A DNA stretch of 64,000 nt from an uncultured bacterium (GCA_963843795.1 CAWJLW010000006.1:434001-498000); one strand, 5' to 3'. Counted from the first letter of the stretch, positions 32,113-41,614 are shown. Numbers and translations are program-made. Notes: generated by a model not told the origin, from the letters alone.

Positions 32113-32279
32113 CGCCTGGCGAATGGCAAGAAGCAGACCATAAACTCTTTCAATGCGAGGAACAAAAAGCCTACACAAATGCTTCAAATCAAGTTAAAAT
32201 TACGCTGTATCAAGCCATTGGCGTCGCAGAACAAGAGGCGAAAAGCCAGCGAAGTGCATCGATATTTTAGGCACACTCC

Positions 32280-32352
32280 GCGGAAGTAGCTCAGTTGGCA
32301 GAGCGCGAGCTTCCCAAGCTTGAGGTCGCGGGTTCGATCCCCGTCTTCCGCT
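32280..32352 (+). tRNA. tRNA-Gly (CCC)
   Basis: GCGGAAG acceptor stem, TTCCCAA anticodon loop, GGTTCGATCCC T arm. CCA not encoded. Confidence 0.95.
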
Positions 32353-32356
32353 CTCT

Positions 32357-32390
32357 AAAGCGCGGGGCAAGTACTTGCCCCGCGCTTTTT
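32357..32390. terminator. Palindrome-centred terminator between tRNA-Gly and the convergent membrane-protein gene
   Basis: AAAGCGCGGGGCAAGT|ACTTGCCCCGCGCTTT plus T run. Confidence 0.8.
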
Positions 32391-33904
32391 CATTGCGCCT
32401 TCACGAAAATTATAAAACGCACATCACGATGGATTTCGCGCCACTGTTGATTCGCTGCAAGTACTTGCAGCAGGCCACGCTCGACTTTTCTATCGACAAG
32501 CCAACCATCAATTTCATACTTTCGCGTTAAATCTGTCACATTTTTGCCGGATGCCAATTGCAAATAATCGCGCCATTGCTGCGGCGGATAAAACTCAAAG
32601 CGCGTGTCGATCCACACCCTTTGGTCAGGCAACTGCCACGTTAAATAACTGCCGGTGGGCGCGTTGTGCCAGAGATGTTGCGGGCGTTGACTGTCGGGCA
32701 AGCCTGCAAGTACTTGCACCGCCCGGATTGGGGTTTCTTCGCTGGTAAGTTGTCCAATTTGTGGCGGCAAGCCCAGAGTGGGTTTCCACATCGGCAGTAA
32801 TGGTAGCAGCATCAGCCACAAAAACAAGGCTAAAATTGCGTTGATGCGGCGCGAAAGTAAAGTTTCCAAGCGTGGAATTTTGGGTGCAGTCGCGCGGTCG
32901 GATAATGCCAAAACCAGTGGCGTGAAGGCGATAATCGGAAACCAAATAATGTAGCGGCCCGATGTGATGGCGAGCCAGAAAAAAGCGACGATGAGAACGA
33001 CATCGGTGCGAGAAGGACGTTGGCGCGCGTAAATGAGAGAGATGAAAACCCACAAGGCGAAAGCGAAAAACAAGGCTTCGGAACCGTTGCGTGGACTGGG
33101 GCTGAGCCACTCCGCCGAGAAACGATTCGATGGGTCATTGAGCATTTTTATCACGTAAAACAAAACGCCCACACCGCGTGGATTGCACAGCATGGCAAGT
33201 GCAACGGTGAAAGTTACTGCGATCAGGTTTTTGGCATCGGCAAGTACTTGCCGCGTTGGTTTTTCAACAATCTGTCCGATTAAGGTCAAAATGCACAAAG
33301 CCACCCCAAGTACGAACGAGCCATGCGTGTTGACCCAAATGATCATCAGAACCGGCAACGTCCATAACGCGCGCGCTTTTCCGCGCCGATAAGCTTCTAA
33401 GGCCCACACGAAGCCGACAAATAAGGGCAGTGCGTAAATTTGAGGTCGCAAAAGCCAGTTGTCGAACGAAACCAAAGTCGCCAAAAGCAGCACCAAAGCG
33501 GCGGCGCTTTGGGCGTGTGGAATGTCGATTTGCCAAGATTGCGCACGTTTGAGCGCTAATTGGAAAAGCAGGGCATAAGAAGCGACGACAAGCGCGGTTT
33601 GGCTGATGATAAGAAGGGGCAAACCGCCGATTTGCCATTGAACGTAGAAGGCGAGTTGAGCGAACCAGCTTTGATCGAAGAACGGCGCGCCAGGCCGCGT
33701 CCACGAAAAACTATCGAATTGTGGGATGAAATGTCGCGCCCAAATATCGCGGCCCTGGGCCATGTGCCACCAGAAATCGTGCGGGGGAACCGGTATCAAA
33801 AGCACGCGCAGCGCGATGGGCAAAAGCGATAAAACCAGACACAGGGCCGAAAAGCTGAGGCCGAAAGAACGCGACGAACGCGATGCAGTCGAGGAAGTGG
33901 TCAT
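32390..33904 (-). CDS. Polytopic membrane protein, probable GT-C-fold glycosyltransferase
   Basis: D.WWH...G..I loop after TM1, RPQ, WVN.HG, EW.SP, and a soluble C-terminal domain with VWIDTR.E.Y. Confidence 0.65.
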   Translation of the reverse strand: MTTSSTASRSSRSFGLSFSALCLVLSLLPIALRVLLIPVPPHDFWWHMAQGRDIWARHFIPQFDSFSWTRPGAPFFDQSWFAQLAFYVQWQIGGLPLLIISQTALVVASYALLFQLALKRAQSWQIDIPHAQSAAALVLLLATLVSFDNWLLRPQIYALPLFVGFVWALEAYRRGKARALWTLPVLMIIWVNTHGSFVLGVALCILTLIGQIVEKPTRQVLADAKNLIAVTFTVALAMLCNPRGVGVLFYVIKMLNDPSNRFSAEWLSPSPRNGSEALFFAFALWVFISLIYARQRPSRTDVVLIVAFFWLAITSGRYIIWFPIIAFTPLVLALSDRATAPKIPRLETLLSRRINAILALFLWLMLLPLLPMWKPTLGLPPQIGQLTSEETPIRAVQVLAGLPDSQRPQHLWHNAPTGSYLTWQLPDQRVWIDTRFEFYPPQQWRDYLQLASGKNVTDLTRKYEIDGWLVDRKVERGLLQVLAANQQWREIHRDVRFIIFVKAQ

Positions 33905-34007
33905 AAAATCGAAAAATGAAAGCGGAATGTGTAGGGCAAGTACTTGCGGAGCGTTTTTAGTGGGATTTAATCCAATCTTTACACAAATTCCCGCATACTC
34001 TTAACAT

Positions 34008-35591
34008 TTGATGGCGATGATAACAATGGAACTTTTGCAGTGGAGCGGCTGGTTGGTCGCTTTAATCGTAGGCATTTTGTGGTGGCGCGAGCGGGGCGAA
34101 CTGCGCAAACGGCGGCGCGGCGCGATGGGCGCGATTGGAGCGTTGCGCGCTTTGCAAAAGCGCGATTATCGACGCGCGCTGGCGCTGGCAGAAAAATATC
34201 TGCCAGGCGAAGAAGAATTTGGTCGAGACTTTCAGCATGAGGCGCGCGGGACGGCGAACGCTAGCAAACGAGCCGTCGGCAACGCGGCACGCCCGCCTGC
34301 GTTGCGTCCTTTGGGAACGGTGGAGGAAAGCGAAGTGACGATTACAGCCAATCAGAGCGCGTCGCTGCAAAGTGTGGCTACGGCATTTCAGCACACAGTT
34401 TTGCAACTTGAAGCGCGCGATCACGATGCGCAAATTGCGCGGCGCGAACTCGAAGATGTTCTGGCGTCGCTGCAAGATTCGGTGCTGGTTGTGGATGAAG
34501 AAGCGCGTCTGCGCTTTCTCAATGCCGCCGCGCAGAAGTTTTTCTCTGTGCGCGCCGAAGATGTCCTTGGGGCGCATGTTTTGGAAGCCCTGCCCTCGTT
34601 TGGACTCGAAGCTGTTATTGGCGATGCGTTGCGCGAGGGACGCGATCACGCGCGTGAAGTGTCGCTGTATGGCGCTTCGGATGAAGATTCGGGCATGACC
34701 AACCGTCGCGAAGTTTTACTGCGCGTGGCTCCGGTGCGCCGCGCCGATGGCAACATTTCGGGCGCGGTCGCTATTGTACAAGATTTGACCGAACTGCGGC
34801 GATTGGAGCGCGTGCGCCGTGATTTTGTCGCCAATGCCAGCCACGAATTGCGTACGCCGATTGCCAATATTCGTGCGGTTGCCGAAACCGTGCTCGATGG
34901 TGCGGAAGACCCGACTTTGGTGCACCGCTTTTTGCCGCGTCTGGTCGAAGAAGCCGAGCGTTTGTCGCGTTTGGTGAGCGATTTATTGGATTTGGCGCGC
35001 GCCGATTCCAATCTGGATGCGCCCAACGCGCGCGTCGATTTGTGCGCCATCGCTCGCGAAGCGACCGCGCGCTTGCACGAAAAATCGCTGGCCAATCGTG
35101 TCAGCATTCATTGTAAGTGTTCCGCTGCGGTCTGGGTGAACGGCGATAGCGCAGCTATCGAACAAATCGCGTTTAATCTGTTAGATAACGCGCTTATGTA
35201 TACGCCTGCCGAAGGCGAAATTGAAATTGCGGTGTGCGATTCCGATGATAGTCTTCTGTGTTCAGATGACGACAAATCTGAGAATTTGAGTGCGGTTAAC
35301 TCCAAGGCGGCGACGGTAGAAACGGGCGAAATGTGGCGCGCGCCTCATGCACAGATGGCGGTTTTGCGCGTACGCGATAGCGGCATCGGCATTCCAAATA
35401 GCGAACTTCCCCGCATTTTCGAGCGCTTTTATCGTGTCGATAAAGCGCGTTCGCGTTCACAGGGCGGAACCGGTTTGGGGTTGGCTATTGTCAAGCACAT
35501 CGTTGAACGTCACGGTGGCCATGTGCGCGTTGAAAGCGAAGTCGGGCGTGGTACAACGTTCTGGATTTCGCTGCCCGCTGCCCGCTCTTAA
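34008..35591 (+). CDS. PhoR-like PAS sensor histidine kinase
   Basis: R.DFVANASHELRTP H-box, NLLDNA, D.GIGI, RIFERFYRVDKARSR..GGTGLGL.IVKHIV. Confidence 0.88.
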   Translation: MMAMITMELLQWSGWLVALIVGILWWRERGELRKRRRGAMGAIGALRALQKRDYRRALALAEKYLPGEEEFGRDFQHEARGTANASKRAVGNAARPPALRPLGTVEESEVTITANQSASLQSVATAFQHTVLQLEARDHDAQIARRELEDVLASLQDSVLVVDEEARLRFLNAAAQKFFSVRAEDVLGAHVLEALPSFGLEAVIGDALREGRDHAREVSLYGASDEDSGMTNRREVLLRVAPVRRADGNISGAVAIVQDLTELRRLERVRRDFVANASHELRTPIANIRAVAETVLDGAEDPTLVHRFLPRLVEEAERLSRLVSDLLDLARADSNLDAPNARVDLCAIAREATARLHEKSLANRVSIHCKCSAAVWVNGDSAAIEQIAFNLLDNALMYTPAEGEIEIAVCDSDDSLLCSDDDKSENLSAVNSKAATVETGEMWRAPHAQMAVLRVRDSGIGIPNSELPRIFERFYRVDKARSRSQGGTGLGLAIVKHIVERHGGHVRVESEVGRGTTFWISLPAARS

Positions 35592-35617
35592 CAATCATAA
35601 TCACAAAAATTCCGCAA

Positions 35618-35656
35618 TTTAAAGTGTTCTTAAACATCGCTCATTTATGCTTTAAG
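35618..35656 (+). promoter_or_regulatory. Putative Pho-box-like direct repeats with 11-bp period upstream of the porin
   Basis: TTTAAA (35618), CTTAAA (35629), CTCATT (35640), TTTAAG (35651). Confidence 0.4.
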
Positions 35657-35724
35657 GCCGATACAGCAAAGTAGCAGAAATTTTAAGAACAGTCGCAGCT
35701 AGCGACCGTGAGGAGAACAAAGTA

Positions 35725-37020
35725 ATGACAGTTCGTAAGACAATGCTGGGCGCGATGGCGGGCGCAATGTTGATGGCGGGCGCACCTCTGTGGGCGCAGA
35801 ACGCGACCACAGTTGATCCCGATGTGGGCAACGCAGCCGGACAAAAAGCCGCCGGTACCATCAGCAGCGACGATGTGGCTGCGCTGCGCGCACAAATTCA
35901 AGCGTTGCAAGAGCGTCTGGATAAAATGGAAGCCGGACAGAAAACCGCAATGGAAGCCGCTGCCAAAACTTCGCCGGTCACGACAAAAGAAAAGGTGACT
36001 TTGTCGGGCTTGCTGCAAGTACATGGCTTGGGCTTTGTCAGCGAAAATGAGCGCACCGGTGGACGCAAAGGCAACGATACGATTCGTTTGCGTCGCGGCG
36101 AACTGCGTTTGACGGCTCCCAACATCACCGATCGCGTTTCGGGCACCATTATGTTCGATCCGGCCAAAGCGATTTCGGGCAACACCAACATCGCCAACAA
36201 CCAGAACCTCAACATTCGCGCTCGCGACAATGTGCTTCAGGAAATGACGGTTACCTATCAATTGGGCAAAGTCGGCGACAAAGCCAACAACACGTTCATT
36301 GATATCGGCCAGTATAAAATTCCCATCGGCTACGAAAGTCTGGTTTCGGCTGGATCACTGCAAACCGTCGAACGCGCTTTAATGTTCACGCAACGCGATC
36401 CGTATGATGGCGCCTACGGCGATGTGCGCGATTCGGGCATTCAACTGCGCGGTCTGGTCAGCAATCAATTCGATTATCGCATCGGCATCTTCAACGGCTT
36501 GGGCGAAGTACAAAACACGACCGCCGTCAGCGACCAGAAAGCGATTATCGGTCGTCTGGCATACAGCCCGACCGGTGTTCCCGGCTTGCAATTGGGCATT
36601 TCGGGCGCTACGGCCAAAAACGCCACTCCCAGCAGCAACGGCACGCGCATCGACCGCAACATTTTTAACTTGTTCGCGGCTTACAAGCGCGACAAAGCTA
36701 CGTTCCAAAGCGAATACTTAACTGGCAAACAACAATTGCAGGGCGCACCAACCAACAGCGAAATTCAGGGCTACTATGCTTCGCTGGGTTATTTGTTCAC
36801 ACCGAAATTGGAAGGCATTTTGCGTTACGATTCTTTGGACACTAATCGAAACGTGAATAACGCCACCGTGAAAGACATCACGCTGGGCTTGAACTACTAC
36901 CTCAAAGGCAACACGAAAATTCAAGCCAACATCGTGCATCGTAATAGCGATCAGGGCGCTCCCAGTTCGCTACGCAACGACCGCACCGAAATTCGCACCA
37001 ACTTTCAGGTCGCCTTCTAA
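35725..37020 (+). CDS. Outer-membrane porin, phosphate-selective OprO/OprP-like
   Basis: Signal peptide, short coiled coil, LRR..L, GQYKIP.G.E, RD.GIQ, GLNYYL, C-terminal Phe. Confidence 0.78.
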   Translation: MTVRKTMLGAMAGAMLMAGAPLWAQNATTVDPDVGNAAGQKAAGTISSDDVAALRAQIQALQERLDKMEAGQKTAMEAAAKTSPVTTKEKVTLSGLLQVHGLGFVSENERTGGRKGNDTIRLRRGELRLTAPNITDRVSGTIMFDPAKAISGNTNIANNQNLNIRARDNVLQEMTVTYQLGKVGDKANNTFIDIGQYKIPIGYESLVSAGSLQTVERALMFTQRDPYDGAYGDVRDSGIQLRGLVSNQFDYRIGIFNGLGEVQNTTAVSDQKAIIGRLAYSPTGVPGLQLGISGATAKNATPSSNGTRIDRNIFNLFAAYKRDKATFQSEYLTGKQQLQGAPTNSEIQGYYASLGYLFTPKLEGILRYDSLDTNRNVNNATVKDITLGLNYYLKGNTKIQANIVHRNSDQGAPSSLRNDRTEIRTNFQVAF

Positions 37021-37028
37021 AAATCGCC

Positions 37029-37080
37029 TTGAAATGCCAAAACCGCCTGCAAGTACTTGCAGGCGGTTTTGGCATTTCAA
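37029..37080. terminator. 52-bp perfect palindrome between the convergent porin and ABC ATPase genes
   Basis: TTGAAATGCCAAAACCGCCTGCAAGT|ACTTGCAGGCGGTTTTGGCATTTCAA. Confidence 0.75.
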
Positions 37081-37090
37081 ACTCACCCTT

Positions 37091-37846
37091 TTAAGGGTTC
37101 AACAAGCGCGCCAGAAATTCGCGGGCGCGTGGGGTTTGTGGGTTTTGCAACATATCAGCGGGCGCGCCTTGCTCGGCAATGCGGCCCGCGTCCATAAACG
37201 CGATGTGGTGCGCGACATCGCGTGCAAAGCTCATTTCGTGGGTCACGATAACCATCGTCATGCCGTCGCTCGCTAGGCCGCGCATGGTTTCCAGCACTTC
37301 GCCCACCAATTCTGGGTCGAGGGCGGAAGTCGGTTCATCGAACAGCATCAAATGTGGCTGCATCGCTAAGGCGCGCGCAATCGCCACGCGCTGCTGCTGT
37401 CCGCCCGACAACCGATCCGGAAATTCCTGGGCCTTGTCCGCCAGATGCACGCGCTCTAAAAGTTCGCGCGCCTGCGTTTCGGCTTGGGCACGCGGCGTTT
37501 TCAAAACCTGTCGCGGCGCGAGAGTGATATTATCCAGCACATTTAAATGCGGAAACAGATGAAAACGCTGAAACACCATCCCGACGCGGTGGCGTAGCGC
37601 ATTTAAGGCGCGCTCGTCGGCGCAAACCGTGACATTATCAACTCGCACTTCGCCTGCAGTCGGGATTTCCAAACCGTTTAAACAGCGCAGCAAAGTACTT
37701 TTGCCGCAGCCCGACGGCCCGATAATCACCACGACTTCGCCCGCAGCGACCTGCAAATCAACGCCGCGTAGCACTTCCAAATCGCCAAATTTCTTGTGCA
37801 AGGCGCGCACTTCGACCAAGTTTTGCGCTGGATTAATTTCACTCAT
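37091..37846 (-). CDS. Polar amino acid ABC transporter ATP-binding protein (GlnQ-like)
   Basis: GPSGCGKST, LSGGQQQRVAIARAL, FDEPTSALDPE, VTHEM.FA. Confidence 0.92.
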   Translation of the reverse strand: MSEINPAQNLVEVRALHKKFGDLEVLRGVDLQVAAGEVVVIIGPSGCGKSTLLRCLNGLEIPTAGEVRVDNVTVCADERALNALRHRVGMVFQRFHLFPHLNVLDNITLAPRQVLKTPRAQAETQARELLERVHLADKAQEFPDRLSGGQQQRVAIARALAMQPHLMLFDEPTSALDPELVGEVLETMRGLASDGMTMVIVTHEMSFARDVAHHIAFMDAGRIAEQGAPADMLQNPQTPRAREFLARLLNP

Positions 37847-39285
37847 CGTGTCACCTCCCAACGCCGTTCCAGCCACGCGGCCAAGCGCGTGAGCGGGAAT
37901 GTGACGGCCAGATAGAACAAGGCCACTGCTGTCCACACCGGCAGCGGCGCGGCCAGTTGCGAGGCCATTTCCTGACCCGAACGCGTGAGTTCGGCCAAGC
38001 CGATGACCGAAACTAAGGAAGAATCTTTCAGTAATGCGACTGCTTCGTTAGTCAGTGGTGGCAAACTGCGCCGCAGCGCTTGCGGCAAAATCACCCAGCG
38101 CATCGCTCCACTACCGCTCAGGCCCAGCGAACGCGCGGCTTCACTTTGTCCGCGCTCGACTCCGCCGATTCCGGCACGAAAAATCTCCGCGATATAAGCC
38201 GCGCTATTGAACGAAAGCGCCACAATCGCCGCGCTCATCGCTGGCAAGTCGATTCCAAGCAGCGGCGGCAGCGCGTAATAAACGAAAATAATCTGCACCA
38301 GAAGCGGCGTCCCGCGCAGCAGTTCGACGAAAATTGCGCACATCAAACGCAATGCTTTTCCGCCGCCCGTGCGGCCCAACGCGATTAGTAATCCGCTTGG
38401 CAAACCGATGAAGAGCGCGCTCAACGTGAGAACGAGCGTAATTGCCAAGCCGCGCGCCAGCATTTTTATCACATCATTGAGCGGAAACGCGCTCGCACCC
38501 GACGCAGCGCTTTTGGCATCGGCCGCGCGCGCGGCTGCGCCGAAATACTTTTCTTCCAGCGCTGCGAAACGCCCATTGGCGTGCAATCGCGATAATGCAG
38601 CGTTCACTTCGCGCTGCAATGCTTGGTCTTGTGGGCGCATCACGATGCCATAGTTTTCGCGCGTCAGCATCGCGCCGACAGTTTTTAACTGTCCGAAACC
38701 ATGAGCTAAAAAATAGCGGATTGTGGGCGCATCGCCGACCACACCATCAAGATTACCGTTTTGCAAATCTTGCAGCGCCAGATCAATCGTTGGGTATTTG
38801 CGTACCTTGATTTTCGGCTCGCGCTTCAAAACCTCGCTCGCGGTCGTATTGATTTGAATGCCCGCCGTTTGGCCGCGCAGCGCTTCCAATCCGTCGAGAT
38901 TTTGCTCTTTGCGAATGGCGACAATTTGGCCCGCCAGGTAATACGGTTGAGAAAATGCCAGCCGCTGCTGCCGTTCGGGCGTAATGGTCACCGATGACAT
39001 CACCATGTCGATTTTATTGCCCAGCAGCGCGGGAAACACTCCATCGAAAGCCGTGTTTATCCATTGCGCGCGGGCGCCCATTTCCTGCGCGACGGCATCT
39101 CCCAGTTCAATGTCGAAACCGGTAAATGCACCATTTTTCATCGACTCGAACGGCGGATAAGTCGCATCCGTGCCGATGCGCAGCGTTTTGCCACGAAACG
39201 AAGCCGTCTGCGCCTCAATACGTGCAATGTGTGCCGATAAAAACAGGGCGATTAAAAGCCAGCAGAATCGAAATCCGCGCTTCAT
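37843..39285 (-). CDS. Polar amino acid ABC transporter, fused substrate-binding protein and permease
   Basis: DATYPPFE, GFDIEL (SBP family 3); RGTPLLVQ, AEIFRAGI...GQ.EAA..LG (permease). Confidence 0.9.
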   Translation of the reverse strand: MKRGFRFCWLLIALFLSAHIARIEAQTASFRGKTLRIGTDATYPPFESMKNGAFTGFDIELGDAVAQEMGARAQWINTAFDGVFPALLGNKIDMVMSSVTITPERQQRLAFSQPYYLAGQIVAIRKEQNLDGLEALRGQTAGIQINTTASEVLKREPKIKVRKYPTIDLALQDLQNGNLDGVVGDAPTIRYFLAHGFGQLKTVGAMLTRENYGIVMRPQDQALQREVNAALSRLHANGRFAALEEKYFGAAARAADAKSAASGASAFPLNDVIKMLARGLAITLVLTLSALFIGLPSGLLIALGRTGGGKALRLMCAIFVELLRGTPLLVQIIFVYYALPPLLGIDLPAMSAAIVALSFNSAAYIAEIFRAGIGGVERGQSEAARSLGLSGSGAMRWVILPQALRRSLPPLTNEAVALLKDSSLVSVIGLAELTRSGQEMASQLAAPLPVWTAVALFYLAVTFPLTRLAAWLERRWEVTR

Positions 39286-39470
39286 ATTGTCATCCCGACG
39301 ACCGAAATTTTCCTATTAGCAGCCAGTATAGATGTGACGCGTATGAAATCGCGCTGCATGTACTTACAGAAACGACACATCATCTCATCAAAAAAACGCT
39401 GCTCGAATGAAATTCGAGCAGCGTTTTCGTTTGCAATTGCGCTGCAAGTACTTGCAGCGTTCAATGTGGC

Positions 39471-39710
39471 TTATCCAGCGATAATATCGCCTTCGATGGG
39501 ATCGACGCGAACGCCTTGACTTTGAATGTAATCAATGGCGCGTTCGATTTCGGCTTCGTCGCCTTCGAGTTGCAAGTCCATCCAGCCAGCTTCGGCTTCG
39601 ACGTTGGCGCGACGAATTGAAAACGTCACATCGAACTCTTTGGCGACTTTGCACATCACCGGATCGGCAATCGTCTCGCGCGGAAACGTGAGATGTAAAC
39701 GATCTTTCAT
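39471..39710 (-). CDS. NIL domain protein
   Basis: L.FP......PV......FDV..SIRRANV...GWM.L.LEG pattern. Confidence 0.8.
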   Translation of the reverse strand: MKDRLHLTFPRETIADPVMCKVAKEFDVTFSIRRANVEAEAGWMDLQLEGDEAEIERAIDYIQSQGVRVDPIEGDIIAG

Positions 39711-39727
39711 AACTATTCCGTTCAAAT

Positions 39728-40003
39728 TCAGCCGCCAGCAATGGCGGGCACAATCGAAACTTCGTCGCCGTCTTTAAGCGGCGTGTCGAGTTTTTGTAGA
39801 AAACGTACGTCTTCTTCGTTGACATAAACATTGACGAAACGACGCAATTCGCCTTTGTCGTCCAGCAAGCGATTGCCGAACTCATCGTTTTTGGCTTTCA
39901 GGTCTTCGATAACGTCACGTAAGGTGCCGCCCGAAGCCTGCACTTCAGCCTGTCCATCGACTAATTGTTGCAGCGGGGTGGGAATGCGAACTAATACGCT
40001 CAT
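39728..40003 (-). CDS. MoaD/ThiS/CysO-like ubiquitin-fold sulfur carrier
   Basis: V.IPT.L, FVNVYVN.EDVR, C-terminal PAIAGG. Confidence 0.92.
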   Translation of the reverse strand: MSVLVRIPTPLQQLVDGQAEVQASGGTLRDVIEDLKAKNDEFGNRLLDDKGELRRFVNVYVNEEDVRFLQKLDTPLKDGDEVSIVPAIAGG

Positions 40004-40059
40004 AATGACTCCGTAAATAATTGTCTTATCTGTGCATGCAAGTACTTGCAGTGCAAATT

Positions 40060-41367
40060 TTAATCGTTCAACGCGTCGAACGCTTTCTGGAAAGAACCCA
40101 GATTTGGCTCGATTTGCAGCGGTTCGCCGACTTTGCCTTGAATCGCTTCCTGCGTTTTCAAGCCAATGCCAGTGATATATGCGACCGTCACTTCGTCCGC
40201 GCCGATTTTGCCTTGTTCAGCCAATTTCTTCAACACGGCAATTGTCACGCCGCCGGCGGTTTCGGTGAAAATGCCTTCTTTTTGTGCCAGCAGTTTGATA
40301 CCTTCGACAATTTCTTCATCGCTGGCTTGCGCTGCTGCGCCGCCGGTTTCTTTGATGATGTCGAGGGCGTAAATTCCATCGGCGGGATTGCCGATAGCCA
40401 GACTTTTGGCGATGGTTTTGGGCTTGACTGGCGTCACGAAATCCAAACCGTTTTCAAAAGCGTGCGCGACCGGATTGCAACCTGTGGCCTGCGCGCCCGA
40501 AACGCGAATTGGCTTGTCGTCGATCAAACCGAGCTTAATAAATTCGCCGAAACCTTTGTGGATTTTGGTCAGCATCGAACCCGAAGCAATCGGAATCACC
40601 ACATGGTCGGGCGCTTTCCAGTCCAATTGTTCGGCCACTTCATACGCCAAAGTTTTCGAGCCTTCCGAATAATAAGGCCGCACGTTGATATTCACGAACG
40701 CCCATTTCGGCTGGCGGTCGGCGATTTCGCTGCACAAGCGGTTCACTTCGTCGTAATTGCCTTTGACCGCGACAACTTTTGGCCCGTAGACCAGCGAGTT
40801 CATCACTTTTCCGGCTTCCAAATCGGCGGGAATGAAAACGAAACAGTTCATGCCCGCGCTCGCGGCGTGCGCGGCAACCGAGTTGGCCAAATTGCCGGTG
40901 GAAGCGCAAGCGGCGGTATCGAAACCAAATTCGCGAGCGCGCGTGAGAGCAACCGAAACCACGCGGTCTTTGAAACTCCACGTCGGATTCGCGGTGTCGT
41001 TTTTGATGTAAAGGTTCTTCAAACCCAGCGCTTTGCCCAAGTTTTTGGCGTGGACGAGCGGTGTCATGCCAACTTGTAAATCGACGCGGTGTTCGGCGTT
41101 ATCGACCGGCAATAAATCGGCGTAGCGCCAGATTGAATTGGGGCCGGCTTCGATGGATTCGCGGGAAATATTCTGGCCGATTATGTCGTAGTTGTAATCG
41201 ACTTCAAGCGGGCCAAAGCACATTTCGCAAACGTGTTTGGGCGCCAGTTCGTAGGTCGCGCCGCATTCGCGGCACTTCAAACCGCGCAAGCGCGGCGAAT
41301 GAGATTGGCCATTTTTCTGATGGCCGTTGGTGGCGAGGGTTTCGCTGGGGGAAACTACTGAATTCAA
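40060..41367 (-). CDS. thrC: Threonine synthase-like PLP enzyme with N-terminal Zn ribbon
   Basis: CRECG...C..CFGPL, NPTWSFKDR, CASTGNLA, EGSKT. TTG start preceded by AAGGAG. Confidence 0.82.
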   Translation of the reverse strand: MNSVVSPSETLATNGHQKNGQSHSPRLRGLKCRECGATYELAPKHVCEMCFGPLEVDYNYDIIGQNISRESIEAGPNSIWRYADLLPVDNAEHRVDLQVGMTPLVHAKNLGKALGLKNLYIKNDTANPTWSFKDRVVSVALTRAREFGFDTAACASTGNLANSVAAHAASAGMNCFVFIPADLEAGKVMNSLVYGPKVVAVKGNYDEVNRLCSEIADRQPKWAFVNINVRPYYSEGSKTLAYEVAEQLDWKAPDHVVIPIASGSMLTKIHKGFGEFIKLGLIDDKPIRVSGAQATGCNPVAHAFENGLDFVTPVKPKTIAKSLAIGNPADGIYALDIIKETGGAAAQASDEEIVEGIKLLAQKEGIFTETAGGVTIAVLKKLAEQGKIGADEVTVAYITGIGLKTQEAIQGKVGEPLQIEPNLGSFQKAFDALND

Positions 41368-41614
41368 GGCGTGCTCCTTTCGTGTTGAAACGTAATGAAT
41401 TGTGCGTTTCAGGTGTACACGCGTTATCGCGGAATTCTCAGCGCACTTTCCCTTTGAAACCGTTGCAAGTACTTGCAACGACTTCCCCTTTAAAAGTGAC
41501 GATTGAGGGCGATGAACGAAATTGGATATTACAGGCTAACAATTTTCTGTGCACTGCGCCAACGAAATCGTGCTCGCAACGTTCCCCTAAACGTGTGCGA
41601 TTTCGGGCGTAGCT

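Noticed and set aside
41380..41460. Possible TPP or SAM riboswitch in the thrC-like leader (GCTGAGA ... ACCTGA on the minus strand)
   Set aside because: The downstream TPP elements (GATAATGC...GCGTAGGGA) and the SAM-I core are missing. An Infernal/Rfam search would be decisive.
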